Shown here in pieces: positions 9,837 to 20,269 of a stretch of 64,000 nt of DNA (positions are counted from its first letter, which is position 1; each line of letters opens with the position of its first letter). Made by a program: the position numbers and the translations under genes. This DNA is from an uncultured Armatimonadia bacterium. GTDB taxonomy: Bacteria > Armatimonadota > Zipacnadia > Zipacnadales > UBA5352. The DNA lies in the NCBI GenBank assembly GCA_964484945.1, contig CAZAHB010000002.1:16-64015 (forward strand), given 5' to 3'. The notes below the pieces were generated by a model. That model was not told where the DNA came from and did no database searches. It was given only the letters and a program-made list of their open reading frames with translations.

Positions 9837-10949
9837 TTAGTCCGCCCACACGCGCGAAAGTACCCACGCGCCGCTCTCACCATCACCGATCTCCGCCCGC
9901 CGGGTATCCAGAACCGGAATGACGACGCGAAGCTCCCCCAGATCGAGCCGCTCGTTCTCGTCAGTGGTCTGCGTGTCCGGGCGAAAGTCCTCAAAGGGCA
10001 GTGCCAGTGTGTACCATCCCCGCGCGGGGTCGAGCCGGTGGCCAATCAGATACTTCGATCCGTCCCGCTCCTCGAGCACCACCTGCAACGGCGCCGCCTG
10101 CTCCGCGCGCAACTGCAGGCAGATCCGCTCCCGGTCGGTCAGATCCACGTACCCGACCGCCGCCACAAATCCCACCCACCTGTAATGCTCACGATCATAC
10201 TCCACCCGCATCGCAGATGGGTCATCATCGCCCGGGCCGTCCGTGAGCATCAGGCGCGGCCCACCGAGGGGCAGGCACCGGAAAGGTTCCCGATCGAAGT
10301 CGTCGATCACGATCTCGCCGTCAGGCCCGCGGTCTGAGCGATGAGGCGCAAGCTCATCGCTGAGCGCCACATCATCCAGCCACATCTGCTGACGGCCCGT
10401 CTTAATCCCCAGCGACTTCCCCGCCTCTCCGGGGAGATTGCTCAGATCCGCCACCATCACCCCGTGGATCTCGCGAACGTCGAGACGGTCATTCTCATCG
10501 TGCGACCCTTCCGAGAGCATCAACTCATCGAGGTCCACCGCCAGATCATGCCAGCATCCGCCCGGTGTGTACAGATATCCCTGGTAGGATGACCCGTCGC
10601 GTTCGCGAACCCCGTACATCACCGGCGACTGCTCGGCCAGCTTTACACTGAGGCGAAGCGAGCGCGGCCGCGTCTCAATGCTCACCGGTGAGACCGTGAG
10701 GATGGCCAGGCGGCCGTCTGTCGCATCCCAGCTCAGCTTCAGCGCCCCCTCGCCGCTGCGCACATTCTCCGCCACGGTCGTGATCTGTAGCTTCGCGTTG
10801 CACGCCGTTGTCGTCCACGCGTCGGCAGGGGTCTTTTGCTCGAAGTCGAAGTGTGGTTTAAGTGGCGGCTGCCCCCACGCCCACGTGGTGGCCAACAACA
10901 GCGCAATAGATGCCGTCGCGACTCGTCGGATACGAGCGTTCGTGGCCAT
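9837..10949 (-). CDS. Secreted protein with two carbohydrate-binding-module-like (CIA30/CBM11-like) domains
   Basis: Signal peptide MATNARIRRVATASIALLLATTWAWG. It has two internally similar halves with acidic Asp-rich loops. The domain assignment is tentative. Confidence 0.45.
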   Translation of the reverse strand: MATNARIRRVATASIALLLATTWAWGQPPLKPHFDFEQKTPADAWTTTACNAKLQITTVAENVRSGEGALKLSWDATDGRLAILTVSPVSIETRPRSLRLSVKLAEQSPVMYGVRERDGSSYQGYLYTPGGCWHDLAVDLDELMLSEGSHDENDRLDVREIHGVMVADLSNLPGEAGKSLGIKTGRQQMWLDDVALSDELAPHRSDRGPDGEIVIDDFDREPFRCLPLGGPRLMLTDGPGDDDPSAMRVEYDREHYRWVGFVAAVGYVDLTDRERICLQLRAEQAAPLQVVLEERDGSKYLIGHRLDPARGWYTLALPFEDFRPDTQTTDENERLDLGELRVVIPVLDTRRAEIGDGESGAWVLSRVWAD

Positions 10950-11061
10950 CTGATCTCCTGTGCAGCCGGTAAACGATGGCGCCAGTTTGGCGATTGCCGT
11001 GTTTAGGAAAACGTGAACCTGTTGATTTGTTCCACTTGCGTGCCCGAAAAGCCTTCGTACG

Positions 11062-11243
11062 GGGTCTGTATCAACGATTAGGGGTTACGTTCACAGCGCG
11101 CGTTTGTCGTTCTCCCCCTCGTCCCGCCGGCGATGTCGTCTATCGCAATGGGAGAGGGGGGGAAGCGATGTCGTTTATCGCAGGCGGTGAGGCCCGGCCT
11201 GCCGACGCGTTGTGGGTCAACCCTTAGATTCTGATACGCACCC
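11062..11243. repeat. GC-rich palindromic repeat family 1, full-length copy in reverse orientation
   Basis: Its reverse complement aligns end to end with the copy at 37338..37528: gggtgcgtatcagaatcta...ggccgggcctcacc...cgatagacgacatcgc...gggcgggacgaggggg...ttgatacagaccc. Confidence 0.7.
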
Positions 11244-11521
11244 CTTCGCATGGGCCGCATCCGGTAACACGACACGCCGATCGTAAAAAACTCTGCCGTG
11301 CTCAAAGGACTTCACCGCTCTCGCGAAGAATAATATTGCTTCTACGGTACGTCTCGTGGTGTGACCGGCCCTCTCGCCCTATTGGCCGAAGGATGTCGAA
11401 CCGGTGCGAGAGATTGACACCTATCAACGAATGATCTGTATTCCCGGTCCATGACCTCCGGTCGATTGACCCGGGTCTCCACCGGCGGAACGACAATATC
11501 TCCGCAGTAAGGGAAGAGACC

Positions 11522-13156
11522 ATGCGCCTGTATTACGAGGAAATTAACCGCGCAATCGAGCAGTTGCGGGACCAGGATAACGTGGCCCGCCCGGACGGTG
11601 AGCAGCTCCGCCGCATGGCCGAGCCCTACGGTGTCCGAACCGAGTTCGGCAGCGTCAACTTCTCCAGCACCATTCGCGCGCGCAGCAAGGACCTCACCGT
11701 CATCTTCGGCAGCGACAAGGTCATGCAGCAGGACCTCAATCCGGACCAGCAACGTATCGTGCGCGAGCTGCCCGAGACCCTCAAAAAGGTCCATCGCTAC
11801 ATCCAGCACGCACCACTGGTATGCACCGCGCGCACGCTCGGCAATAACTCCGAGTTCGCGCCACACTGCACCATGTACGTCTCCACGCACAGAAAAGACT
11901 GCATCCGCCTGCCATATATGTGGTACAGGACCCTGTTCGACCCCAAGTACGCGACGGGGCCGGAGATGAACCTTGTCTATATCCCTGAATGGCAGGAGAA
12001 GGACCGCCAGGCCCTCGTCTTCCCCGAGATCGGCGTCACCTACGTGCTGGGCACCGACTACTTCGGGGAGGCCAAGAAGGGCTTCCTGCGCATGGCCATG
12101 TGGTACGCCAAGGCCCGCGGGATGCTCGGCCTGCACGCCGGAAGCAAGCTCATCACCGCGCGCACCGAATCGGGTGAACTGAAGCGTTACGGCATGCTGC
12201 TGCTGGGCCTGACCGCCACCGGCAAAACCACCCACTCGGCACATACCCACTACCTCGACAAGCCCGGTGAGGAGGTCAAGCTCGCTCAGGACGATGTGGT
12301 CTTCTGGAAAGAGGACGGCGCGGTCCTCGGCTCCGAGTCCGGCCTGTTCATCAAGACCGATTCGCTCGAGGATGGCAGCCAGGAAGTGCTGTACAACGCG
12401 GCGCCCTCGCCCCAGACCATCTTCGAGAACGTGATGGTCGATTATCTCGGCCGCGTCTACATGTCCGATGAGACGCTGACCGGTAACGGCCGCGCGGTCG
12501 TGCAACGAGAGGACCTCGGCGGTCTGGCCGCCGAAAGCATCAACCTCCCGCCCATCGATGAACTCGACAAGCTGCTGGTGTGCTTCATCACCCGTCGCAA
12601 CACCATCCTGCCGCCGCTGGCGCGGCTCAGCCCCGAACAGGGCGCTGCCGCCTTCATGCTCGGCGAGTCCGTGCACACCTCCGGCTCCAACCCGGCGCTG
12701 GCCGGACAGTCCATCCGCGTGGTCGGCACCAACCCGTTCATCGTCGGCGACGAGGCCTTCGAAGGGAATCGCTTCTACGAAATGGTCTGCAACCACCCCG
12801 AGAAGGTGCAGTGCTATCAGCTCAACACCGGCGGTGTCGGCGAGATCATCAATATCAACGAGAAGACCGGCGAGCGCGACGTGATCCAGAAAGTCGATCG
12901 CGTGGAGATCGCGGAGATGGCCGCCATCATCCGAGCCATCGTGCGCGAGAAGGTTGAGTGGGAAGCAGACGACACCTGGGGCTACGAGGTCCCGAAGGAA
13001 GTCGAGGGCGTGAATCTCGATCGCTTCGACCCCCGCAAGTTCTACGACCAGGAGCAGATCGGCGAGTTCGTCCAGAACCTGCGCCGCGAGCGTATCGAGC
13101 ACCTCGAGCAGTTCAGCGGCCTCGACGACGACATCGCCACCGCGTTCAAGCTGTGA
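11522..13156 (+). CDS. pckA: Phosphoenolpyruvate carboxykinase (ATP)
   Basis: A 544-aa protein. The kinase-1a motif GLTATGKTTHS and overall PckA(ATP) architecture are recognisable. Confidence 0.9.
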   Translation: MRLYYEEINRAIEQLRDQDNVARPDGEQLRRMAEPYGVRTEFGSVNFSSTIRARSKDLTVIFGSDKVMQQDLNPDQQRIVRELPETLKKVHRYIQHAPLVCTARTLGNNSEFAPHCTMYVSTHRKDCIRLPYMWYRTLFDPKYATGPEMNLVYIPEWQEKDRQALVFPEIGVTYVLGTDYFGEAKKGFLRMAMWYAKARGMLGLHAGSKLITARTESGELKRYGMLLLGLTATGKTTHSAHTHYLDKPGEEVKLAQDDVVFWKEDGAVLGSESGLFIKTDSLEDGSQEVLYNAAPSPQTIFENVMVDYLGRVYMSDETLTGNGRAVVQREDLGGLAAESINLPPIDELDKLLVCFITRRNTILPPLARLSPEQGAAAFMLGESVHTSGSNPALAGQSIRVVGTNPFIVGDEAFEGNRFYEMVCNHPEKVQCYQLNTGGVGEIININEKTGERDVIQKVDRVEIAEMAAIIRAIVREKVEWEADDTWGYEVPKEVEGVNLDRFDPRKFYDQEQIGEFVQNLRRERIEHLEQFSGLDDDIATAFKL

Positions 13157-13335
13157 ACGGCAGCTACCAGTCGCCGGTCGCCGGCTGACAGCCAACGACT
13201 GACGACTTGAAGGCACCCACCAGTAAGCGCTTCGAGAACTGTGACGGCGACGGCCCGCGAGGGTCGTCGCCGTTGTCGCTGGTGTCGCCGTCGCTTGCGT
13301 TGCTGTCTTTGCCTTTGTTGCTTTCGTCGCCGCCG

Positions 13336-14160
13336 TTACGGCCACTGCGGGCGGTCCGGTACCGCGGGATGAGGCTCGGCATCCGTGTCCTCATCGTCCG
13401 AAGCAGCAGCGCCGTCTCCGCTGTCATCGCCATCCGCCGCTTCATCCCCCGCGGCTTGATCCCCGCCCGATTCGCCGGCGCCCTCCTCATCCGGCTCCGA
13501 CTCAGGCGGAACGAGCGGGGCGTCCACGGGCACAAGGCGCGCCGACACCGTCAACGTCCCGTCCCCTACCGCGACCGATGCCGGGCGCAGACCCGCTTCT
13601 CCGAGCCGATCGGCCAGAAGATCCGCCACCTTCTTTTCTGCGATCTGTCGCAACTCGCCCGGCAGTTCGACGTCTCCGGCCTTGATCTTCTTCACACGCA
13701 GCTTCAACTCGCCGGTCTCAACGCTCGGCTCCATGTCGATTGCGATCCGAGTGGAGAACAGGAACACCTTCGTGCTCACCAGCAGCCGCACCCGGCCCTC
13801 GGTGAAGCGCACGCGAGGCTTCGTGAAGTCTTTCGGCAGCCCGACCGCTTCCGGGTTCTCCTCGAGGTAGGTGTTGATATCTTCCTCGGTAAGTGTCACC
13901 TGGATCGTTGGTTGCACACCGCGAATCGCGCGGATCTGGTCCAGAGACAGCGAGGACCCGCCCTCCCCGGTGGTAACGATCGTGCCGTCGGCGCCAAAGA
14001 GCGAACGAACGGGGCCGGGAAAGTCGCCCGGGTTCCCCCGAACCACTCCGCTGAGCACCACTACCGCAATCATCGCCAGCACGATCCCGCTCAGGCATCC
14101 GAGCCCGAAGCCACCCCGCCATTTCTTCGCCAGTGCATTTGAGCCAAGCTTGCTGGACAT
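13336..14160 (-). CDS. Membrane-anchored hypothetical protein with acidic C-terminal tail
   Basis: N-terminal TM segment GLGCLSGIVLAMIAVVVLSGVV. The C-terminal 60 residues are Asp/Glu/Gly-rich. Confidence 0.4.
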   Translation of the reverse strand: MSSKLGSNALAKKWRGGFGLGCLSGIVLAMIAVVVLSGVVRGNPGDFPGPVRSLFGADGTIVTTGEGGSSLSLDQIRAIRGVQPTIQVTLTEEDINTYLEENPEAVGLPKDFTKPRVRFTEGRVRLLVSTKVFLFSTRIAIDMEPSVETGELKLRVKKIKAGDVELPGELRQIAEKKVADLLADRLGEAGLRPASVAVGDGTLTVSARLVPVDAPLVPPESEPDEEGAGESGGDQAAGDEAADGDDSGDGAAASDDEDTDAEPHPAVPDRPQWP

Positions 14161-14298
14161 AGTCGGTCAGATTACCTCCTCGCGTACGAACACGGGGCAA
14201 CCGCGACGGGCGGGAGCCTCTCCTGCAAGCGACGCAACGCACCCCCGCCCGCCCCTGCCGTCCCCTTTTCCCTCTTCACTTTTCACTTCGCCCGCGCC

Positions 14299-15117
14299 CT
14301 ACCGTCCGGGCATATCTTCAGGCATATCTTGCATGTCCATACCCTCCGGCATCTGCGGTCGTTCTATCTCTTCGATCGCCATGCCATCAGGAACCTGGAA
14401 CTCGCTGTCAGGCACCGAGCCGATCTGATCGTACTCGTACTCGACGGTGACGTCCGGCGACTCCATCTTCTGCATCAGGCCGTTATCCTTGGCCACCCAG
14501 GTCTTCACGGTCTCGCCATTCCTGGCGGTCTCGGTCACCCAGCAATCGACCCCGTCGATCGTTTCCGACCCGACGATCTTCGTGTCCGGATTGACGCTCT
14601 GGTATGGGTTCTGCGCACTCTCTCTCCGCTCCGGCAGATCCATCTTCGTCGCGGTATCAGACGAGGCGTCCCACGAATACATCACATTCGCCTCGTAGTC
14701 GAGGACCACACCACCGCCCTGCATCTGTGCCTTCATCTTCAGCGGCTCGGTGTCCTGAAGTTTCAACGCGTTCGTTGAGGTACTCGTCTGCCCACTGTCT
14801 TTGTTCGTCATTTTGGCGGTCATCACAAAGCTGGAGGGCCATTGCTTCATGACATCCGCCAGCTTCTTCGCATCTCCACTCAGAGCTTCAGCCGAACTGT
14901 CATCACCGGCCCCTTCGTCCTCTTCTGCCGCATCGTCGGTTGCATCGTCCGTCTCCTCGGCCGACTGATCCATCTGCTCCGGCGCCGGCTCCTGCATCTC
15001 CGGCGGTGGGCCTTCGGCATCCGTCTCCTGCGCCTGCTCCCCACAGCCGCCCAACATTCCCATCCCCAAAAGCGCCATCGCGCATACGCATCCCACCAAG
15101 AGCTTGAACCTCTGCAT
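14299..15117 (-). CDS. Hypothetical lipoprotein (LolA/DUF4412-like fold suspected)
   Basis: The start is at the internal MQRFKLLVGCVCAMALLGMGMLGGC, which carries a lipobox. There is an acidic low-complexity linker and then a beta-rich domain. Confidence 0.4.
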   Translation of the reverse strand: MQRFKLLVGCVCAMALLGMGMLGGCGEQAQETDAEGPPPEMQEPAPEQMDQSAEETDDATDDAAEEDEGAGDDSSAEALSGDAKKLADVMKQWPSSFVMTAKMTNKDSGQTSTSTNALKLQDTEPLKMKAQMQGGGVVLDYEANVMYSWDASSDTATKMDLPERRESAQNPYQSVNPDTKIVGSETIDGVDCWVTETARNGETVKTWVAKDNGLMQKMESPDVTVEYEYDQIGSVPDSEFQVPDGMAIEEIERPQMPEGMDMQDMPEDMPGR

Positions 15118-15310
15118 CCGTGCCGCCTCCCGATCCGTGAAGTAATTGTGATCCGTGATCCTCCAGTGACCTCCCAATGAGTATTCGTGCCTCGCGCTCG
15201 CTCCCCTGCGCGAGGACACGGAACATCTGCACTCGCGGAGTGTCTTTTCTAGTAATGTTCGGTCCGCCACTGACGCGGACCCCACTCGTTGACAACCGGA
15301 GGTCCCTGCC

Positions 15311-15574
15311 ATGGAACGGATGCACATCTATGTAACGAACGATGTCTCCGAGAAGGCACTGGCTCATATCGATGCGCTCGAGGGCGTAGAGGCGGGAGAC
15401 GGCGTGATTGTTGGCGTCGGCGAGCCGAGGCCACAGGAGAACTCGGTTGTGATGTTCTACCAGAGTGAAGAGGGCAAGGCCGAGATCCGTATCCCCTTCT
15501 CCAGCATCGCAATCGCCGATGAGGGCATCCTCCGCGCGACCATGAAGCGCACCGGTGGCGGCCCCGCAACCTGA
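15311..15574 (+). CDS. Small hypothetical protein
   Basis: An 87-aa ORF located between the lipoprotein gene and the kinase gene. There is no known motif. It may be non-coding. Confidence 0.2.
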   Translation: MERMHIYVTNDVSEKALAHIDALEGVEAGDGVIVGVGEPRPQENSVVMFYQSEEGKAEIRIPFSSIAIADEGILRATMKRTGGGPAT

Positions 15575-15735
15575 TCGGTTCCCGGGAGAGGACTCTCCGC
15601 CCCAACAGTGAACTATGACTTACGGCTGTGGGCGTTACAGCGACCGCATTCTTTCGGTCCCGTCTATGGCGTGTACGAATCCCATTCGATGCCGGCCCGA
15701 TGGCCGATGGGTCTAACAATCTGAGGGGATTTGAC

Positions 15736-18700
15736 ATGTCCGCGAAACTCTCACTTTTGATGGTCGGGACCCCTGAAGCCACCTGCCGGAAGCTCACGCG
15801 CCTTTTGCGAGAGGGTGGCTACGCGCCCACCGTCAAATCCGTCTCCGGACCTGACGCAGTCCCCGGAGCCCTCGATGCGTTCTCCCCCGATCTCGCTATA
15901 TGTGAGGCCGACGATTCAATCCAGGGAATTCGTGACACACTGCAGACCCTCAAAACTAACGGACTGCGCGTCCCTCTGCTCGCAATCTCTGACTGTGACG
16001 ATTCTGGAACCGCGGTGGATGCGATCAAAGCCGGCGTCTCTGACTGGATCATCCGCCATCACCTTGATGAGCGCCTCCTTCCTGCTGTCGAGCATACTCT
16101 GCGCGACGTCCGTCGCCTCGAAAGATCCCGCCGGTTCGCTACTGCACTTGAGACATCCCGCCGCGGATACCACGACCTGGCCGAAACGCTTCCACACGTT
16201 GTCTTTGAACTCGACCGCGACGGCCGCTTCACCTTCGTAAACCAGCGCGGTCTCAAGCTCTTCGGCTATACATCCGAGGACCTTGTCCAGCGCCGACCAC
16301 ACGTGACCGACGTCCTTGCCGAGGACGACCACGACCGCGCGATGGGTTGTATCAGGCGGGTGTTCGAGGGTGAGGCATTCGATGCCGGCGCAGAGTACAC
16401 TGTCCTCCATCGCGACGGTACGCGATTGCCCGGCATGGTCTACTCCGGGCCGATCACCCACAACGGCGATGTCATCGGCCTCCGCGCAGTGCTGGTCGAT
16501 CTGCGCGAGATCCGCGCCACCAGGCGCCGCCTGCACGCGAGTGAGGAGCGTTACCGTCGGCTCATCGAGACCATGGGCGACGGCCTGGTCACTATCAATC
16601 GGAGCGGGATTATCACCTATGCCAATCGCGCATTGGGCGAGATGTTCGGCGTGTCGGCCGACAAACTGATCGGGCGCGATGCCCGAGAGATGTTCGACGA
16701 CGAGAATGCCGAGATTCTGGACCGCAACATCCGCCGCCGCTTCTCCGCCGGGACGTCCGGCTCATACGAACTGGAAGCTCGCACGGCTGATGGGACCGCT
16801 GTGCCGATACTCATTACGTCCACTCCACTGCGCGATGAGGCTGGCCGCATCATCGCCAGCCTCGGAGTCATAAAGGACATCACCCACCAGAAGCAGGTCC
16901 GCGAAGACTTGCTCCGTATCAAAACTGCACTCGACAACGCCAGCGACGCCATCGGCATTGCCAGCGCTGATCGTGTCCCGATCTACCTCAACCCGGGCTT
17001 CGTGGAGATGTTCGGCTGCGATGCCGAACAACTGCGGCGCGCCGGCGGCCCGATCGCGAACTTCGCCCGCGAGGAAGATTACGAGCGCGTCTTTGAGGCG
17101 GTCGAAAACGAGGGCTCTTTTGTCGGCGAGTTTGAGGGCCGCCACATGTCCGGGCGCACCTTCCCGGTAATGGGCAGCGTGGACGCCGTCCGGGACCGCC
17201 GCGGAGAGTTGACCGGCATCGTCGCCGTCTTCACCGACATCACCGAGCGCCGCAAGCATGAGGAGCGGAGGCGACTCACGACCGCTCGCCTGATGCTGAT
17301 CAATCAGCTTAATCAAATGCTCACTGCTGGTACATCGATCGACAGTCTTCTCGCAGCCGGGGCCGAGGAACTGTGCAACATCCTCGATCTGCATCACCTC
17401 CATATCTTCATCCGAGACGGCGACGAACTCATCTTGCGATACTCAAACATGCCCGACCATGTCGAAAAACAGGGTTCCGGAGCGCCGCTGAAGCAGGCGA
17501 TGACGATGCCCTTCCGGCCTGAGATTCGCGCCTGGCCGCTCTACCAGTCCGGAGAGACTATCGAAGTGCGGGGAGACGAGATATCCGACACCGCTCATGA
17601 ATTGAAGCAGTGGGCCGATCCTCAGCCGGTAGTTCAAGCCGAAAGACTTCGCGATGCGCTTCCGATGAAGTACCTCTGCCTGGTCCCTCTTATTCATCGT
17701 GGTGAGATTATCGGCCACATCACGGTGTCCCGGTCCGAGGATGCCCCGCTGACTGATGCGGAGCAGGATTTGCTCTACTCCCTCACCCAGCAGGTGGCTC
17801 TAATCTTCGATAAGGCCCGGAGCCAGCGCAAGATCACCCGCCTGAATAACTTCCTGGAGGGAATCATTGAGAACGCGGACGTCTGGTTCTCTGTGCTTGA
17901 TGAAGACCAGACGCTTGTCATCTGGAACCGCGCAGCACAGCAGATAAGCGGCTACGCGCACGATGAATTCGACTCGGCCGCTGATCTGATGCGGCTGCTC
18001 TATCCAGACCCCGAAGACCGCGAAGAGGCCTACGGGCACATAACGGCAGCCTTCGAAAACGAAGAGCTTGGCGAGTTCGAGACCACAATTACCCGTTCTG
18101 ACGGAACAAAGCGCCGCCTGGCGTGGCATCTGCGGCGCTTCATATCCGAGGAGCGCGCCGTCGGGCTGGTTATCGTCGGCCGTGACGTGACCGAAAGCCA
18201 CGAGCTTCAACAGCAGCTCCAGCGCGTCCAGCGCATGGATGCCGTGGGAACGCTCGCCGGTGGCATTGCGCATGACTTCAACAACGTGCTCACCGCTATC
18301 ATCGGTCATGCGAACCTGCTGGAGACTGAGGCTGAGGATGACGATCGTGCCCGGTGGCACGCTACTCAGATCTCCGAGAATGCCGAGCGCGCTTCCCGGC
18401 TTACACAACAGCTTATCGCCTTCAGCCGCAAGCAGTCCTCTCAGCCCCAGGTGGTCGATCTCAATCGTTTGATCCACGAAATGGAAGAGATGTTGCGTCG
18501 GGTGATACCCGAAAACATCGACCTGCAGTTTGAACTCGGCCCCGATCTGGGCCGCGCGGAGATCGACCCCTCTCAGCTTGAACAGATCGTTATGAACCTG
18601 GCCCTCAACGCCCGCGACGCAATGCCGGCCGGAGGCAGTCTGGCCATCAGGACCTCCAACGCTTCTCTCTCTTCGGATTCGATTGGCCAACTCTTCGATG

Positions 18701-19371
18701 CCACGCCAGGATCATACGTCAGCATCGAAGTCGCCGATACCGGTATGGGGATGAACGAGGAAACCGAGGCGCATATCTTCGAGCCCTTCTTCACCACCAG
18801 GCAGGATCGCGGAGGCACCGGCCTCGGGCTTTCTACGGTCTATGGCCTGGTCCGCCAGAACGATGGCACGATTACGGTGTACACCGAACCGGGCGAGGGA
18901 AGCGTGTTCCGCGTGTACCTCCCGCGCTGCGACGCTCCCGAACACAATCCATCCTCGGGCACCGCGCACACCGACCATGATGCCGTGCGCGGGACGGAGA
19001 CCCTCCTGGTTGTCGAGGACGCGGACAGCTTGCGCACGCTCCTGAAGACTATCCTGACCTCATTCGGCTACACCGTATTCACCGCGGCGAATGGTCACGA
19101 GGCCCTTGCGCTCGAGCGAACACACAGCGGCGAATTCGACCTCGTCATCACCGATGTGATTATGCCCGAGATGTCGGGCACTGAGCTTGCCGACCGTATG
19201 TTGGAGAAGAGCCCGGATCTGCAGATTCTGCTCATCTCCGGCTATCCCACGGAACGCGCCATCAGTGCCGAACAACTCGACAGTCGCTTCCGCTTTTTGC
19301 AGAAACCCTTCTCGGCAATGGAGCTTGGGCGCACCGTCCGCCGCATGCTCGACGAGGGAAGGAGTGCTTGA
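15736..19371 (+). CDS. Hybrid sensor histidine kinase/response regulator with multiple PAS and GAF domains
   Basis: N-terminal degenerate receiver-like domain, then at least 4 PAS-like modules and a GAF. The HisKA H-box is MDAVGTLAGGIAHDFNNVL, followed by HATPase_c. The C-terminal REC is LLVVEDADSLR...DLVITDVIMPEMSG. The ATG at 15736 is preceded by gagggg. Confidence 0.85.
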   Translation: MSAKLSLLMVGTPEATCRKLTRLLREGGYAPTVKSVSGPDAVPGALDAFSPDLAICEADDSIQGIRDTLQTLKTNGLRVPLLAISDCDDSGTAVDAIKAGVSDWIIRHHLDERLLPAVEHTLRDVRRLERSRRFATALETSRRGYHDLAETLPHVVFELDRDGRFTFVNQRGLKLFGYTSEDLVQRRPHVTDVLAEDDHDRAMGCIRRVFEGEAFDAGAEYTVLHRDGTRLPGMVYSGPITHNGDVIGLRAVLVDLREIRATRRRLHASEERYRRLIETMGDGLVTINRSGIITYANRALGEMFGVSADKLIGRDAREMFDDENAEILDRNIRRRFSAGTSGSYELEARTADGTAVPILITSTPLRDEAGRIIASLGVIKDITHQKQVREDLLRIKTALDNASDAIGIASADRVPIYLNPGFVEMFGCDAEQLRRAGGPIANFAREEDYERVFEAVENEGSFVGEFEGRHMSGRTFPVMGSVDAVRDRRGELTGIVAVFTDITERRKHEERRRLTTARLMLINQLNQMLTAGTSIDSLLAAGAEELCNILDLHHLHIFIRDGDELILRYSNMPDHVEKQGSGAPLKQAMTMPFRPEIRAWPLYQSGETIEVRGDEISDTAHELKQWADPQPVVQAERLRDALPMKYLCLVPLIHRGEIIGHITVSRSEDAPLTDAEQDLLYSLTQQVALIFDKARSQRKITRLNNFLEGIIENADVWFSVLDEDQTLVIWNRAAQQISGYAHDEFDSAADLMRLLYPDPEDREEAYGHITAAFENEELGEFETTITRSDGTKRRLAWHLRRFISEERAVGLVIVGRDVTESHELQQQLQRVQRMDAVGTLAGGIAHDFNNVLTAIIGHANLLETEAEDDDRARWHATQISENAERASRLTQQLIAFSRKQSSQPQVVDLNRLIHEMEEMLRRVIPENIDLQFELGPDLGRAEIDPSQLEQIVMNLALNARDAMPAGGSLAIRTSNASLSSDSIGQLFDATPGSYVSIEVADTGMGMNEETEAHIFEPFFTTRQDRGGTGLGLSTVYGLVRQNDGTITVYTEPGEGSVFRVYLPRCDAPEHNPSSGTAHTDHDAVRGTETLLVVEDADSLRTLLKTILTSFGYTVFTAANGHEALALERTHSGEFDLVITDVIMPEMSGTELADRMLEKSPDLQILLISGYPTERAISAEQLDSRFRFLQKPFSAMELGRTVRRMLDEGRSA

Positions 19372-19455
19372 CCCCTAATTCTCAGTGAAGGTATTCTTCC
19401 CGGGCCAAAGGAAAAGTGTACAAACGCTCGACACGTCTCACAGGAGGTGTGTCCA

Positions 19456-20124
19456 ATGAAGCGAGGCTTCACCCTGATTGAGCTGCTCGTGGTGATTGCG
19501 ATCATCGCCATCCTGGCGGCGATCCTCTTCCCGGTCTTCGCAAGAGCGCGCGAGAAGGCCCGTCAAAGTTCATGTCTCAGCAACCTCAAGCAAATTGGCC
19601 TGGCGGGCCAGATGTACGCGCAGGACTACGATGAGACATTCAACCCCAGCGACCAGCATTGCGACCCGCCCAACTACGTCTGGAGCCAGCTTATCTACCC
19701 CTACGTCAAGAACGATCAGATCTTCATCTGCCCCAGCTTTGGCGGAGTACACACGTCCACCTGTGGCGCTGCCCACACCAAGCCCAGTTCATACGTGCAC
19801 GGCGGCTATGCCATCAACGCCTGGCGTGAGGTCGGCCAGGGTGGCACGACCACATACGGTCCCGGCCACGGCACCGGCCAGAAGCTGGCCGACATCGAAA
19901 CTCCTGCCGAGATCGTTTACGCCTGTGATCAGAGTACGGGAAGTGATGCGAGCAACTGCTTCCGTATCTCCGTTATGCGCCAGATGGTCGGTGGAAGTCT
20001 CTACGAGAACAATCAGAAGTACGCCGTCTCGTCGCGGCACAACGACGGCTTTAACGCGACCTTCTGCGATGGCCACGGCAAGTGGCTCAAGGAGCCCCTG
20101 CCGAAGTACTTCGGCGGCTCGTAA
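19456..20124 (+). CDS. Prepilin-type N-terminal cleavage/methylation domain protein (DUF1559)
   Basis: N-terminus [37 protein letters not shown]. The C-terminal [13 protein letters not shown] is H-X9-DG. The RBS caggaggtg precedes the ATG. Confidence 0.85.
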   Translation: MKRGFTLIELLVVIAIIAILAAILFPVFARAREKARQSSCLSNLKQIGLAGQMYAQDYDETFNPSDQHCDPPNYVWSQLIYPYVKNDQIFICPSFGGVHTSTCGAAHTKPSSYVHGGYAINAWREVGQGGTTTYGPGHGTGQKLADIETPAEIVYACDQSTGSDASNCFRISVMRQMVGGSLYENNQKYAVSSRHNDGFNATFCDGHGKWLKEPLPKYFGGS

Positions 20125-20147
20125 CTACCCGAGGATCCCCTGACACC

Positions 20148-20180
20148 ATCGCGCCCCCGGCCACGCATCAGCCGGGGGCG
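20148..20180 (+). terminator. GC-rich hairpin between convergent genes (terminator-like, no U-tract)
   Basis: gcgcccccggccacgcatcagccgggggcgc forms a perfect 11-bp stem immediately after the DUF1559 stop. Confidence 0.3.
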
Positions 20181-20269
20181 CCCTTCCTTCCGCGAGTGCC
20201 TTCATCCACCGTCGCTTCCGTTGCTGCCGTTCCCGCTCCCCGCTCCCCCATCCCCTCTCCCCGTGCCTC

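Noticed and set aside
13230-13290. Hairpin gacggcgacg...cgtcgccgtt downstream of pckA as a terminator.
   Set aside because: The stem is plausible but there is no U-tract. It lies inside a probably spurious ORF. Kept out of the feature list as too weak.
11342-13345. 667-aa ORF antisense to pckA, and similar long antisense or out-of-frame ORFs. Examples are 6984..7898, 13207..14142, 22498..23187, 32806..34086, 37569..38339, 43207..44490, 50076..51968 and 53925..54992.
   Set aside because: The opposite-strand genes have clear homology-style motifs (PckA kinase-1a, sensor kinase, rSAM and others). Long stop-free antisense frames are expected at this GC content. The products are Arg/Ala/Pro-rich low-complexity sequences.
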